DNA from: Naegleria gruberi
Lineage: Eukaryota
Length of the DNA: 64,000 bases
Strand: one strand, 5' to 3'
Assembly: GCA_000004985.1 (NCBI GenBank)
Contig: GG738902.1
Shown here: one piece after another, positions 1 through 10,397 of the stretch
Position numbering within the stretch: the first letter of the stretch is position 1
How the letters are laid out: every line of letters starts with the position of its first letter
Program-made: the position numbers and the translations under genes
The notes under the pieces: generated by a model
Database searches by the model: none
What the model was told of the DNA's origin: nothing
What the model saw: the letters and a program-made list of their open reading frames with translations, nothing else

Positions 1-462
1 AATCAGTTCATGAAAATAGTATCTCTTCGGACCAACTCCATTATCAGAATCTGGATTTAAATTATCAACAGCATAGAGACCAGATCTTTGCATTGGTGAC
101 ACAATATTCCATCCATTCTCCTTGGCAGCAAATGAATCCATTTCCACATCACCCACAATCGAACTAGACATCATTTTCATGCCAAATGTCGAATCAGGAT
201 AAGTTTCATATAAATTTCTCACAATTTTCCCCGGGTTTGCTATTTCTTCAACGGATAACATTGAAGCTGCATATCCAGGAATTAATATAATTGGCAATCT
301 ATAATTGTTATTACTAGTAGTAGCACCATTCAAAAAAACTCTCTTTAAATTATTTAAATTAATTGTAGGCTTTGATGATGACAGGGATGAAAATAAATTC
401 ATCATGAAAAGTAATACTACTATCAATCCCCAATAATAATTAATTATTGTTGCTCTCTTCAT
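1..462 (-). CDS. Partial CDS: 5' part of an LCAT / phospholipase A2 group XV-like lipase. The ATG is at 462 and the gene runs off the window at 1.
   Basis: Minus-strand ORF starts MKRATIINYYWGLIVVLLFMMNLFSSLSSS, which is a signal peptide. It is followed by PIILIPGYAASMLSVEEI, resembling the LCAT-family PVVLVPG..G..LEA lipase motif. The start context is A-poor but there is no upstream in-frame ATG. The gene is truncated by the window edge. Confidence 0.5.
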   Translation of the reverse strand, partial: MKRATIINYYWGLIVVLLFMMNLFSSLSSSKPTINLNNLKRVFLNGATTSNNNYRLPIILIPGYAASMLSVEEIANPGKIVRNLYETYPDSTFGMKMMSSSIVGDVEMDSFAAKENGWNIVSPMQRSGLYAVDNLNPDSDNGVGPKRYYFHELI

Positions 463-1039
463 GTTGAATCACGGTAATGTGTTGTTGATTTATAAAATTA
501 AAGCCTGTGATGATTCTTTTAATTTTCGCAAAATCAGAACAAAAAAGTTTTTAGATTTTTTTTTGAAATGTTTGGTGAATGAAAATTTCAACATGAAATT
601 CAAAGATTGAATATAAATTGTAATCGTCCAATGATTACAAACAGTGTATTTTACCGGTAAAAGTGAATCTAAATGCTTCAAGTTTGAACTTGTGGAAGGT
701 GGCTGGTTATTGATGTGGCTGCTGATTTGAGTCTATTTAAGGCTGTTGCTTATTGTTACAAATTTACTTAATCATATCTAATCTTCGTGAAGTGCATGTA
801 TGCGTCCACAATGGTGGAGATAAGATTATAATGTGGCTGTACGAAATTAATCAGCACTAAATTTTTCAAGCGAAATTAACTAAGTGTTTGGTCCCTTAGA
901 AGATAGGTCCGGCAAGAATGAGATATTTTGCGGAAACAATGATACACCAGCAAAATAGTGCCTTGTTAATTTCCTACAGATGCAAAATATATCTATCGAT
1001 TTAATTATTTGCTTCTATTGTGTCTTTCAAGTTATGCAT

Positions 1040-1750
1040 TTATAAATCCACTCCGATGATATTCTTTGTACATTTCATCAAGTCCTTATCAGAGGAAATA
1101 CATTGATAGAAATCAACATCTACTGAATCATAGTTGAAACATTTTTGAATTTGTTTTGCACACACGACGCTAGTAGTGCATGTTGAGAAGCTGACAATAT
1201 TGATTCGATCATCTCCAGCAATCCATTCTTCCAAGCTTCTTTCCTTGTCGCAATGACGGCTAACCATTTCAAACATTTGTTGAGCTATTTGAGGGTTGAG
1301 AGGATTCTTCTCATCCACATTGACAGTAGATCCAAACTTTTTCAAGCTCAATTCGGACAACTTGTTCCACTTGGCGAAAGCTTGCTTTGGGTTCATATGT
1401 AAAATCTGATCAATTCTACTTCCCATTTCTCCAATATTGTCTTGATTCTTTGTTAGGAATAAATCAATATTTCTACTTGGTTTTCTCAAGTCTCCATCAA
1501 ACAATTCTGAAATTTTCTGTTGTGCTTCATCATCACTCTTTGTTTTGTAAATTTCCTCAGTGACCTTATCAAGTTGAACCAAATCCAAATCCAAAACATC
1601 TTTCTTATTCACATTCGGAGTCTTGGATGTTTGCATTGGTGATCCCAATTCTCTGTTCATCAAATAGCACATGCAAGTATTATAGAGGGAAAGAATAACA
1701 GTGTGTTTTAAGGTATTTTGAGGTTCTTTCACGCGAACAGCTTCGGCCAT
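1040..1750 (-). CDS. Hypothetical protein of about 236 aa from the first ATG. The ORF track begins at an upstream GTG.
   Basis: Long minus-strand ORF running MAEAVRVKEPQNTLKH...KNIIGVDL. I recognise no family motif. The start was re-anchored to the first ATG at 1750. Confidence 0.45.
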   Translation of the reverse strand: MAEAVRVKEPQNTLKHTVILSLYNTCMCYLMNRELGSPMQTSKTPNVNKKDVLDLDLVQLDKVTEEIYKTKSDDEAQQKISELFDGDLRKPSRNIDLFLTKNQDNIGEMGSRIDQILHMNPKQAFAKWNKLSELSLKKFGSTVNVDEKNPLNPQIAQQMFEMVSRHCDKERSLEEWIAGDDRINIVSFSTCTTSVVCAKQIQKCFNYDSVDVDFYQCISSDKDLMKCTKNIIGVDL

Positions 1751-2031
1751 GATTGCTTGCTTGTTGCATGGAAAATTCTTAATCACTGTGGCGTTCAGTT
1801 TTTTAAAGTGAATACGTGGAATGAAAGTGTCGGAAGGCTTAAACTAATCAAACATTTTTTATTAAGTTGAAATTTGAAAAACCTTAAAAAATTTACGTTC
1901 ACCGTTAGTACTAATTACTACAATTAGTCGTTTTGTAAACTCTAAAGTGACCAATTTTCAAGGAAAAGAATTCAGTAAACCATCCACTGGAAGAAGATAG
2001 TTCGGAAAAATATTAAAACTTTACAAAAAAA

Positions 2032-2871
2032 ATGCTCAACTTTGATGAACTGGGCATTGTTATTCAATTCTTATCAATTCACGAGCTTGTTTCCTATAGG
2101 GTTGTATCTAGACAGTGGAATAAATTCATCACTCACAATAATATTCTCTGGCAACACTTTTGCAATCAGTACCTGAGGAATGATTTATTCCACTTTGATA
2201 AAGATGATGAAATTCTAAACGAACTAATGCAACAAGATGAAGATCATACATTAGATTCCGATTCAACTTTTTATTACAGATTATTTAGAAAATTATTCTT
2301 CTTTCCGAAACTAATTGCTATGAGGGAAGGCCAATATAATATTGATGAGATAAAGATCATGAGTTTACCAGAGGGATTTGAGAGATTCTTTCTTGAAGAT
2401 GAATATTCGGGGAGGGTTTCAAGATTTGGATTTATTGCCATGCTGATTAGCTGCTTGTCTGGAAAGCATCAAAACTTGGTCGAGTTGGATTACTGGAATG
2501 ATTTGATTCAGATAGGAAATTCGGATGGAAAGGTAGTTGTGATGGAGATTCCTTTGTGTTCATTGTTTGCTGCCATTCTGTTTGCTCTTCCACGGCTGAG
2601 TTCTCTGTGTGGAGATGAAATGTTTGTTCTCACACCAAAAAGATTGAAAAGGTATGAGAGATTTCCTGCTTTTTGTGATTTGTGGTATGCCTTTGAGGAT
2701 AGACCAAGGAAGAATAATATTTTGGAGTGGGATGTGGATGATGATAGAGAAATATTTCCATATTCTCTTAATGTGAGCTATTCTATTTTCAAAAAGGTCA
2801 GTTTTAGCATTGAGTTTACAAACGACTGGAAAGAGTTGAAATTGGAAGTGGGATTTTGGATTGATTACTAG
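2032..2871 (+). CDS. F-box domain protein.
   Basis: The N-terminus LGIVIQFLSIHELVSYRVVSRQWNKFI has an F-box-like L..L...L.....V.K.W pattern. The ATG context is AAAAAAAATG. Confidence 0.6.
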   Translation: MLNFDELGIVIQFLSIHELVSYRVVSRQWNKFITHNNILWQHFCNQYLRNDLFHFDKDDEILNELMQQDEDHTLDSDSTFYYRLFRKLFFFPKLIAMREGQYNIDEIKIMSLPEGFERFFLEDEYSGRVSRFGFIAMLISCLSGKHQNLVELDYWNDLIQIGNSDGKVVVMEIPLCSLFAAILFALPRLSSLCGDEMFVLTPKRLKRYERFPAFCDLWYAFEDRPRKNNILEWDVDDDREIFPYSLNVSYSIFKKVSFSIEFTNDWKELKLEVGFWIDY

Positions 2872-2891
2872 CTCTGTGAACATAAATTGTT

Positions 2892-4865
2892 TCATGGATA
2901 CATCCTCTTGAATTCACTTTTCAATTCATCTCCCTTCTTTAAAGCTACACATTGATGAAAACAATTGTCACAATCGAGCATTGGAATGAATTTGTGTTCA
3001 AAGCGACAAAAACATTGAGCAATACATAGTAACCATTTAGGCAATCCTAAAGGATTATTCCCTCCTTCTTGGCCTTCAGCTTCATTAGAGTAGCAGCAGC
3101 AACAAGTTGCACACCAACATGAGGTAATTGCACAACAATTACACAAAGCACAAATCCTACTTAGGCAACACAATCTTCTATAATTACTATCCATCACACC
3201 AACTGCAGTTAATTCAGTCATATTTTCATTTGGAGATGTATCTTCCTTAACTTGCCCTATTAAAACACTTGGAAAAGAGGGGAAACTAAAAAGGTGATGA
3301 TCAAAAATTGCTCGCTCTCTTTTGAATGTAATCTTTTCAAAATCAACCTTAATTGACTCAGAATCGTTCGCTATGGAAAATAATTCATTTCTATGATCAA
3401 TTTTGAATTTCTCAAAGAATTCTTGCCTCTTTTCATCGGATAGTAATAAATCAGAATTGTAAATGTGCTTGAAAAACTGTTTGATGAATTGTACTCTCTG
3501 CTTATCATTCATTGTTTCTAATGAGGCATAGATGAGAAATTCAGGAATTATACCTCCATTAATTTTAAAATATCTATGTGTGTTGAGATGAGGAAATTTA
3601 ACACTACCTCTCAAAAGTCCATCCCTGTATTTCTTGATAATATTGTTTCGAACTGTAAGGTAATAGTAAACGTCTTCTCTGTCCATTAGTTTGATATCAT
3701 TTACAATACTTTTGGAATATAATTGCGTCAAGTCTATTGAGAATTCGTCCATTCTTGGTATTATCTTGTGTCTTAATAAGTAGTATGCAATTATAAGAGA
3801 GTTGTTTCGGTAAGTTTCAATATGACTCATAAACTTGTATAATTTCCTGTGTTCATTGCATATAGATCCCACGTACAAATTAATTTCATCTCGTACTGTC
3901 TCTGAAATGAAAAAACCTTTCCTTCTCCTCTTAGTACAGAATATGGTTGATTCTGTGCTAATTCTGTCTGATCGATCTGGTCCATTTGAATCCTCAAATC
4001 TCAAATGGAGTATCACTTTTTTAGTCAATCTACATGGATTTACCTTCATATCTTTATCCATGAACGGTTGAGATTTCCAATTTTCATATAAATTAATTAA
4101 TGAAATATGTTTCTTAAGCTTTTTCTCCTGATCCTCTGCATTTTTCACCACATGAAATAGCTTGTAAGCTTCCTCATCTGATGGTCTAGCATTAACTGTT
4201 GCCAAATAACTATACAAGTTCTCGTTCTTTGGAACGGCAACCTCCCTATGTATCACCTTCTCCATATCTTCCAACAATTCACTTCCCATCTCAAAATCAA
4301 TCTCAATTTCCGAATCAGATATCTTTCTAAATGAACTGCCAAATATCGTATTAAAAGCACGACAGTAAAACTCCACAACAGATGGCTTTCTATCTTCCAG
4401 AATATCCTCCTGAGTGAAATCTGATACAAATACTTTTGGTGCATCTTGAAATGGAACGAAAATATGAAAGAACAATCGTGGCATGTATGCTTCTTCAATT
4501 CTATGCAATAATGATGTACTTCTAATCGATTCCTTGACACTTTTCGATATTGATTCCTTCGTTGAGGGATTATCCATGATTCCCGAACCTTCCATTAGTG
4601 AATTCCACGTTCTGCAGCATGCCTTGAGCGATTGCATTTCATAACTTGCCCTATTGGGACAATATGATAATATATTCTCCAAGGAATCATGATCTAAATT
4701 AGTAATATTATTAGCATTGCTTGATTTTTTCACAATTAATTGATGATGAATGTCCTCTTCGTGATTGCTAATAATCGGAGGAATAGTAGCAGTTGCTTCA
4801 ATCTCTTCTTCTTGTTTGTGATGATTGTTTGGAGAGAGTTCGTCCAAGAGAACGTTTTCTTCCAT
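2892..4865 (-). CDS. Hypothetical 657-aa protein with a cysteine-rich C-terminus.
   Basis: Uninterrupted ORF. The C-terminal 100 aa are extremely Cys-rich (CCLSRICALCNCCAITSCWCATCCCCY...CDNCFHQC). The ATG lies in A-rich context. No confident homology. Confidence 0.5.
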   Translation of the reverse strand: MEENVLLDELSPNNHHKQEEEIEATATIPPIISNHEEDIHHQLIVKKSSNANNITNLDHDSLENILSYCPNRASYEMQSLKACCRTWNSLMEGSGIMDNPSTKESISKSVKESIRSTSLLHRIEEAYMPRLFFHIFVPFQDAPKVFVSDFTQEDILEDRKPSVVEFYCRAFNTIFGSSFRKISDSEIEIDFEMGSELLEDMEKVIHREVAVPKNENLYSYLATVNARPSDEEAYKLFHVVKNAEDQEKKLKKHISLINLYENWKSQPFMDKDMKVNPCRLTKKVILHLRFEDSNGPDRSDRISTESTIFCTKRRRKGFFISETVRDEINLYVGSICNEHRKLYKFMSHIETYRNNSLIIAYYLLRHKIIPRMDEFSIDLTQLYSKSIVNDIKLMDREDVYYYLTVRNNIIKKYRDGLLRGSVKFPHLNTHRYFKINGGIIPEFLIYASLETMNDKQRVQFIKQFFKHIYNSDLLLSDEKRQEFFEKFKIDHRNELFSIANDSESIKVDFEKITFKRERAIFDHHLFSFPSFPSVLIGQVKEDTSPNENMTELTAVGVMDSNYRRLCCLSRICALCNCCAITSCWCATCCCCYSNEAEGQEGGNNPLGLPKWLLCIAQCFCRFEHKFIPMLDCDNCFHQCVALKKGDELKSEFKRMYP

Positions 4866-4941
4866 TTTTTAAAGATCCAAACAAAGAACATGCAAGATGT
4901 TCTGTGATGTGGTGTGAAAATTTACTACAGAGCTCTTCGAT

Positions 4942-5976
4942 CTAGTTGAGAGAAGGATTGATGTGAAAAAGTTTGGCTTGTTGGGATTTGTCATTCTCTG
5001 AGAAGGTTTGTAATAGTCTGAGTTTCCATGGGATTGGCTCGCCACCCAATTGATAATCTTTCAATTCTTGTAGGGAACGAGTGGAGGAAGGTGGCGTCCT
5101 TCCTTTAGTGAGGATTTTGGAAATGTTGATATATTCAGTTTGGTCAATTGAATTTTCCTTTGATAATCCAGACAAGACGCCATGAAAGTAGAGATTAATT
5201 TCAGAGAGGAAGTTAATGTACTGATTTCTTTCCTCATTTGAGCCATATCTCCATTGATCGAGTTGTGAAACAGTTGATTCTGAAAGTATTTGAAAAGCAC
5301 ATTGAATATCCCCGTTAGAAAATTGAAACCTCTGAACCACTGTATATAAGAAATTATCCAAGAAGGCATTCGATTCCTGATACAATGCAACCATTGAATT
5401 AAAATCACACACCAAACCCATATCTAAAATGGTTGCCAAATCCAACAATTTAATTCCTCTCACTGACACTGATCCAAATATCGATGTTGGAACATTTGGT
5501 ATTCCAATATTTCCACAACTATTCTTTCCACTCGCTATTGATATTTTAAAAACAATTCTTGGCACACCTTCACCTTGTCTTTCACTCAAAAAGGAAATGG
5601 CCTCAATCTCTGCCTTAATTTTCAAAGCATTCTTCATAATATTATTCATTCTCTGATGTTTATACATTATCTGACAATACAATTGAGGAATTGATGATAT
5701 TGAGACTTGTCCCTCATCTTCCTCTCCAAGCTTTCTAATCTTTTCAAAAAGTTTACTTGTAATATACTCAACAAAGTCATCGGGAATCTCATGAATATTA
5801 CCGAATTGTATAATTACTAGAGTCATTATTTGTGTTCGGATGGGTTCTCTATCGAGAATACTACTACTCGGAGGAGATGAAGGCTTTGAATTATTAGTAT
5901 TTGATGAAGAAGCCTTCTTTACGGAAACTTGATTGGAATGTTTATCCTTTTTACCAAATAAACCACATAGAACCAT
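4942..5976 (-). CDS. Hypothetical protein with a possible degenerate class III nucleotidyl-cyclase-like (pseudo-cyclase) core.
   Basis: TLVIIQFGNIHEI resembles the VTVLFADIVGFT beta-strand of cyclase homology domains, but with the metal-binding Asp replaced. ...IVFKISIASGKNSCGNIGIP...IFGSVSVRG resembles the IGIHTG.VV.GVIG...Y.LFGDTVN block. The match is weak. Confidence 0.35.
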   Translation of the reverse strand: MVLCGLFGKKDKHSNQVSVKKASSSNTNNSKPSSPPSSSILDREPIRTQIMTLVIIQFGNIHEIPDDFVEYITSKLFEKIRKLGEEDEGQVSISSIPQLYCQIMYKHQRMNNIMKNALKIKAEIEAISFLSERQGEGVPRIVFKISIASGKNSCGNIGIPNVPTSIFGSVSVRGIKLLDLATILDMGLVCDFNSMVALYQESNAFLDNFLYTVVQRFQFSNGDIQCAFQILSESTVSQLDQWRYGSNEERNQYINFLSEINLYFHGVLSGLSKENSIDQTEYINISKILTKGRTPPSSTRSLQELKDYQLGGEPIPWKLRLLQTFSENDKSQQAKLFHINPSLN

Positions 5977-6245
5977 CTTTCAATCTCTTTTTACTTAGAA
6001 TTTGAATTTTACTAATAATTAATATTAATGTTATCGAAAATTAATTTCAAATGGAAGGAATTTAATTCGATTTTTTGTGATGAAAGAGATACACTGCTCT
6101 TTGTTCTTTCATGATTCTTTGTAATTCGGAACCACTAATTATACGAGTCGCCGAAACATAAAGGTTCATATCACATTATTTTTTTTAATTTTATTTTTAA
6201 TTATTTAAAACAATCGTTTATGGCGGGAATTTATTCAATAATTTA

Positions 6246-7246
6246 TTAATACAGATAAGGTAACATGTACTGAACTACCAATTGTTCACTTTCAATCCAT
6301 AACATGTGATTAATACCGGGAACAACATGAACGATCAATCTTTTCTGAGAATCCAATGTCTTTAATCCAAAAACATCGTTCTTATAAATTTGTTGATCTG
6401 GCATGAGTGATTGTGCTAATTGATTTTGATTATTCAATGCGTAAAATCCAAATAATGCAGAGTAGTAAGGTTTGATAACTTCATCATCTGGACTTGTTGT
6501 CAAAACCATCTTGTCAATTTGAAGGAAATTGGAACGGAATTGATATTTACTGGCATAGTCATGAATTAAGGAATCATTATTCACAACTGCTAGAAATTGA
6601 CTGTTTTGTCTATATTCATCATAGTGGAATGGCTAAATAATTCCAAAATTTCCAATAATTCAATTTTTTTACAATACAAATAAGAATTTTGTAATGATAA
6701 GATTTACAATGTTCAACCTACATCTTTCCAATAACCGGCAACTGACATGGTCTTTTGAAAGAAATCTGTATAAAAGAAATGGAATGCTTCCTCTTTTGTT
6801 AAATTCCAAAGAAATGGAAAGTTCTTTTTCCATTCTTGTTCCCAGCTCAAAATTCCAGGAATTCCAAATTGACCATTTTGAACACCAGATAAACTGATAA
6901 ATACCTTAACTCCATGATTAGGATATAATTGAATAAATGATCTACAAATCAATCCACCTTGTGAATGGCAAATCAAATGATAATTCTTGAAATTGTAAAG
7001 ATTTTGTAATTCTTGAACTTTGGAAGCAAAATCTTCAACTTGATCCATCATATTCATTAAGAGTGATGTTTCAGTATTGGTGCTAGGTACTGAATAGATG
7101 AGAGTCCCTTGAGGAACATACTTTGCAAGATACTTTTTGACATCTGACATTGAATTATTATCAGCAGTAACACCATGCATCAAAAGAATCGGAAGAAAAG
7201 GTCCTTTGACATCTAAATGATGTTTTTTGTTCTTCCCTCCTGTCAT
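6246..7246 (-). CDS. Palmitoyl-protein thioesterase (PPT1 family), encoded in two exons: 6722..7246 and 6246..6632, with an intron at 6633..6721.
   Basis: LLMHGVTADNN, CHSQGG and YWKD match the GFSQGG and YWHDP blocks of PPT1. The second exon PFHYDEYRQNSQFLAVVNND...NDVFGLKTLDSQKRLIVHVVPGINHMLW aligns to the PPT1 C-terminus. The donor is GTAGGT and the acceptor is TTATTTAG. The start is uncertain; see the finding on the upstream signal-peptide ORF. Confidence 0.7.
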
Positions 7247-7576
7247 ATGATCTTATAGAAATTTGTGATGACAAGACATTGACAGTTAATAAAGAAACAA
7301 TAAACACTAAACAATAAACAGTTAATCTCGTGACTTCTCTCCCGTTGTTGTTGAAGAGTTTCATCTTTTTTTTCTGATGTTTTTTGTAATTTCAAGAGCA
7401 GAATCCGAATTGTGAAATTTCAAGGGATTCTTCTGCCGAATCTCAATTATCCACACACAAGTTCACTATCCTGTTTCCACCTTTTTAACAGTTACGGATA
7501 ATCATCTCCTAAATCCAATGAAGAAATTACAAAATTTTCTTCCTTTCAAAATCACAAAATTACAAAGTTTAAAAAA

Positions 7577-8368
7577 ATGAAAAATCCTCAACGACTCTGC
7601 ACCACTTGCCTTGAAGAAGAGAATGAGGAGTTGCTGGCTACTCATTCATGTTCGACATGTTCATTGAAAGATCTTTGCTCATATCATGCTAAAAAACATG
7701 AGAGAAATTTGCATCAAATTATTCAATTAATTCCCGGAATGATTGGAGGAGGAGTAGATGGTGAGGAGAAGGCTCCATTTTGTAAGGATCATTTCATTCC
7801 GATTAATTGTTATTGTAGTGATTGCAATGTTTTAATTTGTTCAACTTGTATTGTGAGTGGTGGACATTTAACTCATGGAATTTCATTGATTTCGGAAGTT
7901 GTTATGAAGGAAAGGAAGATTATAGGGGAAGAATTGGAGAGATTTATAAATCGGGTGGAGGAATGGAGAAGTATTCATCAAATGGAAGAAAATCATCTTT
8001 TGGCAGAAATTGAAAAAGTAAAAACGAAAGGAAAAGAATTGGAAAAACAAATTCATTTAAAATTTGATGAATTACACAATAATTTGACGAGTAGGAAACA
8101 GGAGTTGATAACTCAAGTTTACTCAGTAGTAGAGAGACAGTGTGCAATTGTAAATTATGTTAAGAAAAATGTTAATGTGGAAGAATTGAAGCAAGAATTT
8201 AAAGATTTGTTAATTATGGATGGATATACAATGATGGAAAAGAAAACTAGAGTTTTGAAAAAGTCAATTGCTGATTTCGATCTCTTATTGGATCAATTAT
8301 TGCATCATGTTAGCTTGGAATGTCTTGATAATTTTACAATTCGAAATATTGACACGGATGATATATAA
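7577..8368 (+). CDS. B-box zinc-finger / coiled-coil protein.
   Basis: There are two Cys/His clusters: CTTCLEE...CSTCSLKDLCSYHAKKH and CKDHFIPINCYCSDCNVLICSTCIVSGGHLTHG, the second with B-box spacing. A charged coiled-coil segment follows. Confidence 0.55.
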   Translation: MKNPQRLCTTCLEEENEELLATHSCSTCSLKDLCSYHAKKHERNLHQIIQLIPGMIGGGVDGEEKAPFCKDHFIPINCYCSDCNVLICSTCIVSGGHLTHGISLISEVVMKERKIIGEELERFINRVEEWRSIHQMEENHLLAEIEKVKTKGKELEKQIHLKFDELHNNLTSRKQELITQVYSVVERQCAIVNYVKKNVNVEELKQEFKDLLIMDGYTMMEKKTRVLKKSIADFDLLLDQLLHHVSLECLDNFTIRNIDTDDI

Positions 8369-10397
8369 TTAAGAATTGCAACTCTGGGACAAATAGCTGT
8401 TGAAAAGGATGATGATGAACAAGACATCAAGATTGAGTAGTGACTCTTTTCTGAAAATATAGATACAGTCCCATTCACTTTTCCACACAGTAATGCCTGG
8501 TTGATATGAATTTCAAAAATTAGATTCCAAAATAGAGTAATCATGTTTTTGTGATTGTTCCTCCAAACATTTACCCACAGAAAAATGATTACGTGTTTTG
8601 ATTCAATTAACTTAGGATTATCATTTTGTATTTAAGGAATTTAACAGCTGCAGGTTATCTATATGGATTCTATATATTAGATTTTGATCATTTTTTGCCA
8701 GTTTTTATGATTTTACATATTTTAGTTTGTTATCTCAATATATATATATATTTCAAATGGAAACCCCACTTATTAATTAGTAGCTTAATTTTTTTTTTGT
8801 TATAAATGGAGAAAAACCTAAATTATTGATCAATAGGAGTTGCTTAATGACTACTAAAACAGAAAAATTGTTCAAGATGAATAGAAACAATATCAGACTC
8901 GTATCATTTCGTTCTGTTGGTAATCTGTTGAAATACCTTTTACTCCTTAAACACAAAGAAGAACAATTCTTGGAGTTTTTTTGCAAACTTTCCCTTACTG
9001 TAGTGCCATAAAAATTGAACATTCAAATATATATATATATTGATAAAAATAGAACTCGTTACTAATTTCACAACACAACACCCCATAAATTGGATAGTTG
9101 TAATTTTCTAATATATATATATAACAGAATTATTACAATATTCGCCTTTTTTAAGGTGTTCTATTTGTTTTCTATCTAGTAATTTAACTTTAATGTGGTA
9201 TGTTTTGCTTTTCAAAGAGAAAATCTTACTAAATAATCTTGAATGTAATCTCTCCTGTTTCTTTTCACCCTTATTGAATAATATTTTCTTGATTGCTCTC
9301 CTTTTATGAGAAGAAGTTTGGGTAACCTAATATATATTTTCATTTATTTAACATGGCTAAAAAAAATACAATAAATTTCAATTTCTGCATTAATTGGATT
9401 GTAGAGGGTCAATATTTACTGAGGGTGTTGAAGGCTTACCTTTACAGGAAGTTTGTACAACAAGATTTATTGTTCTCTCCTAAAAAACCTGTAATGGGAT
9501 GTTTGAAAATCGTTGACAAGAACGTTTGTACGTTTTTAATTATTGATAGAGAATGCTGCTTACCAAGATGTAAGTAGTACATGTTGAACAGCATTGAAAA
9601 CAATACAACTGAGTGCATTGTGATATGTTGATATCACCAAATCGGTATCACTATTTTAGGGTGTTGTTCAAAGAGGAAATACTTTTTCTGAAAAACAGTA
9701 CATTTAAACTCTTTCGTAGTTTGTTATATATATATATATTACAAAAAGTTCTCCTATTCCTAAATACTTACTTGTTGTTTTTTTGTAAGTTTTGATCCTC
9801 TTCAAGTCAGATTGAATTAGTCCAATTATTGTTTAAATAAACAAGATTATCTGCTGAAATTCCTGAAATCGGAATTCATTAAACTGATTTTGTCATAATG
9901 CATGTTGTTGAAAATATTTCAATTTAATAATCTTTAAATATTGATTAAGAAAGGAAACCAGTAAATTTATCTTTAAATAATATATTAGTTTCTTTATGGA
10001 AAGGTATGAGTTTTCGTGGTTATTTCAGTGATCAAATTATCTTTATTTAGCTTCCTTATTACCTTTTGTTCTAATATATATATATATTTCAAAATAAATC
10101 AAGAGTATACATTTTTCGCAAAGTTTAATCTCTTGATAGTTAGTAATCTGAAAGGGAATCTTCACCTATTTATCTCTCAGTTTTCATAAAGAAAAATATA
10201 TAAAACAAAATGATAATCCTAAGATTAATTGGTCAACCAGACAATTTTATACAAAGTTTTGATTTTTACAATTTTCAACTGACAAGAGAAAATAAAATCT
10301 AATAAAATCAACAAAATTGCAAATCTTCTTCATTTATTCCTCGATATTTTCCAATTATGACAATTATTTAATAAATTAGTTTAATCATTACAAAAAA

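Noticed and set aside
9353-9795. ORFs 9353..9577 and 9613..9795 as possible genes.
   Set aside because: Their products have no recognisable motifs. Their start contexts are poor and I could not connect them in frame. They are left as part of the unexplained block.
8700-10100. Regularly recurring (TA)n runs, considered as a CRISPR-like array.
   Set aside because: The units are simple dinucleotide microsatellites of variable spacing, between 70 and 600 bp. There are no conserved direct repeats, the context is eukaryotic, and there are no cas genes.
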